Origin: Candidatus Peregrinibacteria bacterium
GTDB taxonomy: Bacteria; Patescibacteriota; Gracilibacteria; Peribacterales; Peribacteraceae
Reading direction: 5' to 3'
Assembly: GCA_037143575.1 (NCBI GenBank)
Contig: JBAWYM010000002.1
Location: 1 to 63,938 of the forward strand
Length of the DNA stretch: 63,938 nucleotides
The number at the start of each line of letters is the position of its first letter. Within the stretch, counting starts at the first letter, position 1. A program made the position numbers and the translations under genes. Of the stretch, positions 62,234-63,938 are shown in pieces. The notes beneath the pieces were generated by a model. That model made no database searches, had not been told where the DNA came from, and saw only the letters and a list, made by a program, of their open reading frames with translations.

Positions 62234-63229
62234 TCAGGAAAAATTGTATTCCGATGGAGCGAAGAACTTTTCCACGAGTCTGCCTGCATCGATGGCATCG
62301 CCCAATTTCTTCAGATAGATCTCGTGGGTTTTCACGAATTGATCGACCATGAATTTGTAGAAATGCTCCGGTCTTCCCTCCATTCTTTTGGCGAATGCCG
62401 TCATGTGCTCCACACGCTTTTTGTTCCAGACAATCATCGGATGATAGCGATGATCCTTGAGAATGCGGTTCATGATCAATCTCCCCGTTCGTCCGTTGCC
62501 GTCGATGAACGGATGAATGCGCTCGAAATGGTAATAGAAATCGAATGCGAACATCGGCGGATACATCTTCCCCTCATTCTTCCTGTACCACGCGAAGAGC
62601 TCCTTGAGCTTCTCTTCAATCGATTGCCACTGGGCTACCGGAAGGTTATTCACCACCACTTCCTCCGATCGTAATCCCTGCTTTACCGGTTCGTGCCCCA
62701 GCAGGATTTTGTGCAGCTCCACGACGCTTTTGGGAGTGAATGCAAAGAAATCGCTGTCCACGTAATGCAGAGCCTTGAGCGTATTTCTCACTTCTTGGCT
62801 GACGTTCTCCGACGGCCTCTTCACTTGCTCCTCTACCTGCTTGAATGGGACTTTGCTCCCTTCGATCTTGTTGGAGTTGTAGATGAAATCTACACGGAAA
62901 TTCTGCTCCATCAAGTCCAGACCGATTGTTCCAATTTCCTGTTTCGACCTCAGTAGAGAAGTTCGTAGCTCCTCAATGCTTCTGATCGATACGTATTTGA
63001 AGAATTCCTGATGCGTTTCTTTGCCTCCCCAATATTTGCTCCGCTCAACAGCCTCCTGATTTTTCAGATATTCGGCGAACTCTTTCTTGCGGATGGAAAC
63101 CAATGCCAGATCATCGGGCCTGCCAAGAAGCTTTTTCTTCTGCACACTTTTGCCCTTCGTCACGAAGATGCTGTCATACGCATAGAGGTACTTGTGGCCG
63201 TTAATATTGCTGATGTACGTTCTGAACAT
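62234..63229 (-). CDS. Fic-family protein
   Basis: The Fic motif 'HPFIDGNGRTGR' is HxFx(D/E)GNGRxxR. The ORF is 331 aa. Confidence 0.8.
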   Translation of the reverse strand: MFRTYISNINGHKYLYAYDSIFVTKGKSVQKKKLLGRPDDLALVSIRKKEFAEYLKNQEAVERSKYWGGKETHQEFFKYVSIRSIEELRTSLLRSKQEIGTIGLDLMEQNFRVDFIYNSNKIEGSKVPFKQVEEQVKRPSENVSQEVRNTLKALHYVDSDFFAFTPKSVVELHKILLGHEPVKQGLRSEEVVVNNLPVAQWQSIEEKLKELFAWYRKNEGKMYPPMFAFDFYYHFERIHPFIDGNGRTGRLIMNRILKDHRYHPMIVWNKKRVEHMTAFAKRMEGRPEHFYKFMVDQFVKTHEIYLKKLGDAIDAGRLVEKFFAPSEYNFS

Positions 63230-63459
63230 AAATTTAGGATAGAACTACAAATAGATTATATCAAAATGGTGATATCTACAATTATATATCATCTATATAA
63301 ATTATCTATATAATATAAAACCAATGGTTATTGCAGGCGTTTGTATGACAATTGAGCAAAGATCGCCTTATTTCTTCCTCGCCACCGTCATGAAGCTCTT
63401 CTCCTCGAAGTTCGGTCGGTGCGCGATGAATGTGAGTGGATTCCAACGCTCTATGGTAG

Positions 63460-63861
63460 CTAGGGTTTCTCGATGTATTTCACGCCCGTTTTTTGCTCTC
63501 TCTTTGAGAAAAACCCCATAGAAATTCTATGGATTCCCAGAGTGACAACACTCCAAAACAGCACCGACAAGAAAACGAAAACAAACACAAAACCATCAAC
63601 AGATGAAGATGGGCTTCCGGCCGCATTTACCAAAGAGCACATCGGGGCGGCGTACATTTTCAGAGGCAAATACACTGCCTTATGAAACACCATTGGGCCG
63701 CAAGGCAAAGCTACGTATCCGGACCACCAATCAAGGCTCAACCAGATGCGTATTTGATACGCCGTCAGCAGAAGGACATGCGCGAGAAAATTCCCTGCCA
63801 AATGCCATTTGAAATTTTGCCGAAGAAAGAGAGGGACCGACATGTGATGAGTATTACACAT
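63460..63861 (-). CDS. hypothetical membrane protein
   Basis: The 133-aa ORF has 3-4 hydrophobic segments. There is no other support. Confidence 0.3.
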   Translation of the reverse strand: MCNTHHMSVPLFLRQNFKWHLAGNFLAHVLLLTAYQIRIWLSLDWWSGYVALPCGPMVFHKAVYLPLKMYAAPMCSLVNAAGSPSSSVDGFVFVFVFLSVLFWSVVTLGIHRISMGFFSKREQKTGVKYIEKP

Positions 63862-63938
63862 GGATATCAGACTGAAAACTCAATGTACCTCGCCATAACA
63901 TTTGTCCGCAAAGGGGGTCAGATTGACGGTCCTTTGGA

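Overview
This 63.9 kb window looks like a compact bacterial chromosome segment. By eye it is about 50-60% GC in housekeeping genes, and coding is dense on both strands under the standard genetic code. The gene content resembles a reduced-genome, episymbiont-type organism (CPR/Patescibacteria-like, perhaps Peregrinibacteria-like), but that taxonomic call is low confidence.

Genes I recognise with confidence:
- Housekeeping: queA, smpB, recR, purH, K+-independent H+-pyrophosphatase hppA, dnaN, mfd, aspS, nrdR, tsaC, serS, uvrB, galU, uppP, comM, pyrF and yraN.
- One RNA gene: tRNA-Leu(UAG).
- A type IV pilus module: pilD, plus a receiver-pilB-pilC-giant pilin operon.
- Two orphan two-component parts and an Hsp20.
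- An amidase-SLH gene followed by a small membrane protein.
- At least four classical type II toxin-antitoxin (TA) pairs, an HTH-Panacea (DUF4065) protein next to an HD hydrolase, and a Fic protein.
- A RayT-type (IS200-like Y1) transposase.

I found no rRNA, no CRISPR array and no prophage structural genes.

The least explained content:
1. Two paralogous ~560-aa cysteine-rich proteins bracketed by zinc ribbons, which I cannot assign to any characterised family.
2. A very rich layer of small repeats:
   - GTAG/CTAC REP-like palindromes linked to the RayT gene. One sits inside its ORF, and three sit with duplicated hppA 3' ends.
   - Hairpins with a conserved 16-nt core and covarying stems.
   - Degenerate 7-nt and 9-nt periodic arrays at gene boundaries. 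Some copies are inserted in frame in serS, tsaC, purH and rayT.
3. Two secreted or surface-protein genes, each bracketed by long inverted repeats.
4. A DnaA-box cluster upstream of dnaN with no adjacent dnaA.
5. Start-codon leaders that are pyrimidine-rich (CCTCC-like) instead of Shine-Dalgarno-like.

Everything here comes from reading the sequence and the ORF track by hand. I ran no searches or computations, so identities, GC values and counts are approximate.
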